From Eledone cirrhosa (Eukaryota): a DNA stretch of 64,000 nucleotides. The position numbers were made by a program, and so were the translations under genes. Below are positions 58,385-64,000 of this stretch, piece by piece (positions within the stretch are counted from its first letter, which is position 1; the number at the start of each line of letters is the position of its first letter). The notes beneath the pieces were generated by a model. That model was given only the letters and a program-made list of their open reading frames with translations, did not search any database and was not told where the DNA came from. The DNA lies in NCBI GenBank assembly GCA_964016885.1, contig OZ024742.1, positions 272,490,001 through 272,554,000 of the forward strand, read 5' to 3'.

Positions 58385-59617
58385 GTGTTTGGCAACCATT
58401 CACGGTGTGGCTCAATGACGAAGTAATTAAGCAAATAATTAATAATCAGAGCAATATATAAGAAAGTAAGTCCATAGAATCATTTGATAAAATATTTACA
58501 GTATTTCTCCTCTCTATCAGCATAATGAACCACACAAAAAATCAATTAAACGAGGCTATACGTTTAAAATGAACCTATGAAGAAACAATAGTTAAATAAA
58601 TGATAGCTATTTTATCCGCGATCAACAGCCACAGAAAATTTACCTAGTATTTCTAATAGCTCGTAAAACTGATTAGACATATAGCCAACCATACACAATT
58701 AGGTACAAAATCAAAGTTAGAAGAACAAATGTACATAAACATACCAATATTATGTTTCTACACCATGAAGTTTCATTCGATTTTTGGAAATATCCGATCA
58801 TGGATAGATTCACGAGTTTCAAAATCATCAGGAAACAAACTCAATTGGACAAAGATTTGTCTTAAATGATCCCCGCCAGAAACGAATTCAAAATGGCTAA
58901 GAATTGTCACATGGCTTATATATTGCTTATATATTGCTCTGATTGTTGATTATTTTATTAATTAATTCGTCATTGAGCCACACCGTGAATGGTTGCCAAA
59001 AACACATATATATAGCTATGGCTCTGTCTATGTTATGTATATGTAAACTTATATATTTTATATACTTCCGTATGGTCGAGTATCACTTCAGGCAGTATTC
59101 GGCTGAACCTTCTAGGAACCAGCCTACTCACCCTAAGGCACCAATCACACGCTTTCTGACAACTAGCGATGTGATAATTCTTAGCCTTTTTGAATTCGTT
59201 TCTGGCGGGGAACATTTAAGAAAAACCTTTGTCCAATTGAGTTTGTTTCCTGATGATTTTGAAACTCGTGAATTTATCCTTGATCGGATATTTCAAAAAA
59301 GCGAATGAAACCTCATGGGGTAGAAACATAATATTTGTATGTTTAAGTACATTTTTTCTTCTAACTTTGATTTTGTACCTAATTGTGTATGGTTGGCTAT
59401 ATGTCTAAACAGTTTCTACGGGCTAGTAGAAATACTAGGTTAATCTTCTGTGGCTGTTGATCGCGGATAAAATAGCTATCATTTATTTATCTATTGTTTC
59501 TTCATAGGTTCATTTACAAATTAGAGCCTCGTTTAAATGATTTTTTGTGTGGTTAATTATGCTGACTGGGGGAGAAATACTGTAAATATTTTGTCAAATG
59601 ATTCTATGGACTTACTT

Positions 59618-59622
<5 letters not shown>
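58385..59622. repeat. Long nested inverted repeats of pLTR family B' with two HHR copies (58754-58836 -, 59245-59327 +)
   Basis: 58460-58900 is inverted at 59175-59622; 58387-58460 is inverted at 58925-59002. Fold: GTTTC CTGATGA TTTTGAAA..TTTCAAAA aagcgaat GAA ACCTCATGGGGT A GAAAC. Confidence 0.8.
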
Positions 59623-59652
<30 letters not shown>

Positions 59653-60099
59653 CAGAATAAATGGAGGAGAAGACAATACATTCAAAAACAAATTTACATT
59701 TTACACGGTGTTTCAACTACTCAATATCAAAATAAAATATATGTGTGTGTACGCACGCACATATATTGATATGAATGATATTTACATAGAAACTTCAGAG
59801 AAGAAAAATAATAATAATAACAGTGGTTATAGTGAAAGCAATGTAATTTGACACTATGATGATGTGACCACTTCTATGAGGAATAATAATAATAATAATA
59901 GCTATTCTTATAATGTTGTCATTATTAATAGCAATGACCACAGTGGTTTTGATAGTAGTAATACTTATAATAAGTGTTTCTACATTAGTCACAAGGCCAG
60001 CAATTACCCAGTGCATTACTGGTACTTTATTTTATCGACCCCGTAAGGATGAAAGGCAAAGTCAACCTCGGCGGGATTTGAACTCAGATCGTAAAGGGG

Positions 60100-61020
60100 T
60101 GACCCCTGTTCTGCTAGAAACTGTAACAACAAGACTTGTAATTGTAGGACCCCTAACATCTGTCCACTTCAGGGTTACTGCCTAAGTAGTAATGTGATAT
60201 ATAAGTGCACAGTCATCACAGAAAATAGTCCTAAATCTTACATACGGGCTACTTCTAATGAATTCAAAACTAGATTTAGAACCTATCTCCACTCGTTTAG
60301 AAATAGAAAACTCAAGTTCTCAACCTCTCTCTCTAACTATATCACTGAACTAATACAATCTAACACTAGGTACACAACCAAATGGAATATAATCGACAGA
60401 GCAACGTCTTGTAACTTTAAGCATAAATGTTACTTATACTTGATGGAAGCATATTATAACTTGTGCTCCCCCATACACTTATTAATAATAGTGCTGAAAC
60501 TGTAATAAATTGCGAACATAGGCTTACCTACTCTTTCTCTAACAGGATCGTTTACCCAATACACATCTTATTTTCAACCCATTTTCTCTCCCCTCAACCC
60601 TAAAATATAGCCCCTATTCGCTACGTCTTATAAATTAGCCAGATCATCTAAATCATTGCGGCTCATAATTAGTTGCTTGATTGGGGCTTCAAACTATAGC
60701 CCACAACACACCACATAACATCCACACTATCAATGTTACTTAACTTGCCCTGTTATAATTAATAAATATCTTCCCTTTTTTTTCTAACCATAATTGCTTC
60801 AATTAGATTATTATGCCCCATTGTAACCGTCATTTTAAATTTACAAATCATACCTAACTGAAACCTATCGTTCTAAGTGATTCACTCAGGCGTATCTTTG
60901 TCTCTCCTGTAATGGGATATTTATTCCAATAATGGTAATTGTCGTTCGTTGCAGTATAATTTGGACTAACTTCCAACAACATCAATATAAACAATTATTC
61001 TTCTCTGAAGATTCTATGTA
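60100..61020 (+). mobile_element. Penelope-like GIY-YIG fragment and 3' UTR
   Basis: IYKCTVITENSPKSYIRATSNEFKTRFRTYLHSFRNRKLKFSTSLSNYI..WNII (60194-60505). Confidence 0.8.
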
Positions 61021-61152
61021 GATATCACTGTTAGTAGTGTATATGCGTGCGTTCGCACACAAATATATGTATGAACTTTGGCTGTTGGCGTCTAGTATAT
61101 TGTATCATACTTGTTTCTCTCTCCTCCACTCTTATGCTAAATGTCTCTTCTT

Positions 61153-61305
<153 letters not shown>

Positions 61306-61529
61306 CATACACACGTAAACGCATTTCGGGTTATTGACTTCATATATGTATTCATCTGACCAGACAAACGAAAATGTAACAAACAAAATAGTAAGGTATA
61401 AATATAAACACACGCACGCACACACGCGCAACACGTTCATAAACACATTGGTGTACAAAAATACATATAATTAGATAAGAGTATGTAAATGGATTTATAT
61501 ACATATACATATACATACACATTAGTTGT

Positions 61530-61750
61530 AGTGAAGGCTTGTGGCTGAGTGCTTAGAGAATTAGATTCGCAATCGTGAGGTTGAGAGTTCGATCGCTGGA
61601 CCGGGCGATGCGTTATATTCTTGAGTAAGACACTTTATTTCCCGTTGTTCCTTCTACCTTGAGTTGCGACCGATAGATAGTATTAGCAATTGGAAATACC
61701 AACGAAAACATTGTTTCCACGGTCCGATTTGACGAAAGTCGATCGACTCT
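61530..61750 (+). mobile_element. tRNA-derived SINE
   Basis: A-box-like TGGCTGAGTGC and B-box-like GAGTTCGATC, followed by CTTGAGTAAGACACTTTA. The acceptor stem does not close, so it is not a functional tRNA. Confidence 0.7.
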
Positions 61751-62215
61751 CGACACGCATACATATATATATACACGTACATATATATTCATACATACAT
61801 ACACATATGTATAAATATATATATATGAGAAAAACCACAAACCCTTCTCTCAATTCTACTTTTGAAAAACAGAACTGTAAAACCGGTAAGGGAACCAAAT
61901 AAATATATATTAAAAAAAAAAAATAGATTCCAGTTGCATTTTCGATATCATCTTTTTTCCTTATACTTTCACTCGGGATTTTTCATTTTGTAAAAATATA
62001 TATATATATATTAGCATATATAAGGGTGGTCTTGCCGAACACACCACGTTTGGGGAATACCGTATTGGGGAGGTTATTTAAGCCATAGATGGCTATCTCA
62101 TTTCTAGAGCTGAGTGAACAGACATGATCGAAACCAAAAACAGAAAAAGCTGGAGATCAATCAGGGAGGGTTTTTTCTGGGAGGAGTGAAAAGGCCTTCG
62201 ATTTAATTTGAGCAA

Positions 62216-62246
<31 letters not shown>

Positions 62247-62458
62247 AAAAGTAAACAGACATAACAACACAGTGGGTACAGTATATGGAAGGGATATATT
62301 AGGTTAACGCTTGATATAGCAGGAAGAGGGTCTTCACGTTTCGGAAGGAGTCTTTCAGCAGGAGGAAGAATGAGAAAGATAGATTGAGGGAACGGGCGGG
62401 TTGTAATTGGAACATATCTCTTTAGATAAAAATAACAGGTCCATTCATGTTCACATGT

Positions 62459-62535
<77 letters not shown>

Positions 62536-62540
62536 GTGTG

Positions 62541-62593
<53 letters not shown>

Positions 62594-62599
62594 AGTCAT

Positions 62600-63340
62600 A
62601 ATAATAAATGTGAAGACTAAAATCCAAAAAGGGCTCGATAAGTATAAATATATATCAGATGTATAAGAACCGTAGAGCAAATATTTATTATAATACAGAT
62701 TAAAGTTTAAGTAAAGAATCGCTGCTTTTACGCTTAACGGGATCTTCTGAAACTAAAAAAAGTTATTCTGTGAACGCAGAATTAAATATTTCTAAAAATG
62801 TTGCAACCGAAGGAAGACAGGAAGAAAATACTTTGGTTTGTGGAAACGTTACCTGGCAAAGAACGGAAAAAAACGAAGATAATACGTCATTAAACGAAGA
62901 TAATACGTCAAAGACAAAACCACGTTTATGATAGAAATGAAGTCGTAGACTAATATTCTATTAAGTGGTTTATGGGGACGTTCTCTGGCAATGAACGTTA
63001 AACACGAAGATAATACGTCATTATGTGGAGCGTAGAGAACAATTACACGCAAATACAAAACCACGTAAATGGTATAACTGAAGTCGTAGACTAAAATTCT
63101 ATTTAGGAAACCGAATGATTCTCGGCTTCAGAGTTAAGAATAAAGTAAATAAAATACATAGGTAATTGAAATTAAATATATACATACACGCATCCATATA
63201 CGTGCATACACAAGCATACGCGAAAATACTCGCCATGGGTATGCAAATACAAGCACATACACAAAAAAACACGCACGCATACACATAACCCACGCGACGC
63301 CTCTACCCGCACACATACGAAGTATACACCAAATACACAT
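62600..63340 (-). mobile_element. PLE family A pLTR/3' UTR copy (others at 33660-34120 +, 39590-39910 +, 52650-52990 -, 63840-64000 -)
   Basis: Aligns with 40310-40970; HHR-like fold at 62704-62754. Confidence 0.8.
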
Positions 63341-64000
63341 AAATATATATATAAAAAAATATATCATATTGAGTTATAATCTCGAAATAGTTTATAACTC
63401 AATAATTATATTCTCGGCTCCATACTTAGAGCTAATTTTAGACCCATAAAACTGGCTGCTATTTTTAGCGGCACGAGTATGAGGCGATTTAGGCGCTGTG
63501 ACATGTGCGTTTGAACAACACATATTTCTCAGTCGTCTTAAGTATTTTGATGTGAAAGGTACGAATTTCCTGGATATCCGCAGAAGAGCAGAGGGAAGTG
63601 ACTTTCACTTAATTGTTGCGAAACAAATGTAGAATTTGTCTGGGTATCACGGCCATTGCCAATATAGGTTTGTTATTTTTATTGATTTTTAAATCGAGAC
63701 AGGCAAACCATATTATTTTCAATTAGTATTTTTCAACCTAGCTAACTTGGTCATTTGCAATTCGAACATATGTATACTTTAATCAGTGTTCATCCCTCTC
63801 ATATATTAATTTGTAAAAATATATATATATGTGTGTGTGTATACATAATTAAATAAACTTATATAAATATACACACATAAATACGTATATAACGCTCGCA
63901 CACACATACCTACATGTAAAAACACATATTTTCGCGGACGTACGTCATCCCAAACACGAAGTACACATATACACACACCCTACATACGTACGATCCCGTA

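Noticed and set aside
61005-61030. CTGAAGA at the end of a PLE 3' UTR
   Set aside because: No downstream GAAA or stem III; at most a truncated HHR.
61530-61610. Possible tRNA gene
   Set aside because: A and B boxes are present but there is no proper cloverleaf, and it continues into a repeated SINE body.

Overview
This is AT-rich eukaryotic (animal) DNA made almost entirely of transposon remains separated by (TA)n, (CA)n and (TAA)n microsatellites. The SINE and microsatellite style suggests a coleoid cephalopod, but that is only an inference. No host gene could be called with confidence. Recognisable elements: a decayed L1/Tx1-type LINE (~2.0-7.9 kb, +) with a second ORF1 copy at ~51 kb; a young R4/Dong-type LINE (10.0-14.55 kb, -) nested in a (TAA)n tract inside a Penelope ORF; RTE fragments; tRNA-derived SINEs; two Helitron ends, one with a PIF1 helicase remnant; and at least ten Penelope-like element (PLE) RT or GIY-YIG remnants. 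The main signal the ORF track does not show is a very dense and diverse set of type I hammerhead ribozyme (HHR) folds. Reading by eye I count about 16 sequence families and about 35 copies in 64 kb. Where an ORF is present they lie on the PLE sense strand in the pseudo-LTR or 3' UTR. They include U3-A8 compensatory cores, a family with a near-fixed non-canonical CAGAAGA core, recurrent U-U at the base of stem II, stem II arms extended to ~100 nt, and palindromic (dimer-type) stem III. There is also a non-coding ~528-bp tandem repeat with one HHR per unit (retrozyme-like), and several fold-back palindromes whose turning point lies inside the ribozyme. All folds were derived by hand and none has been tested. 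Element boundaries are approximate.
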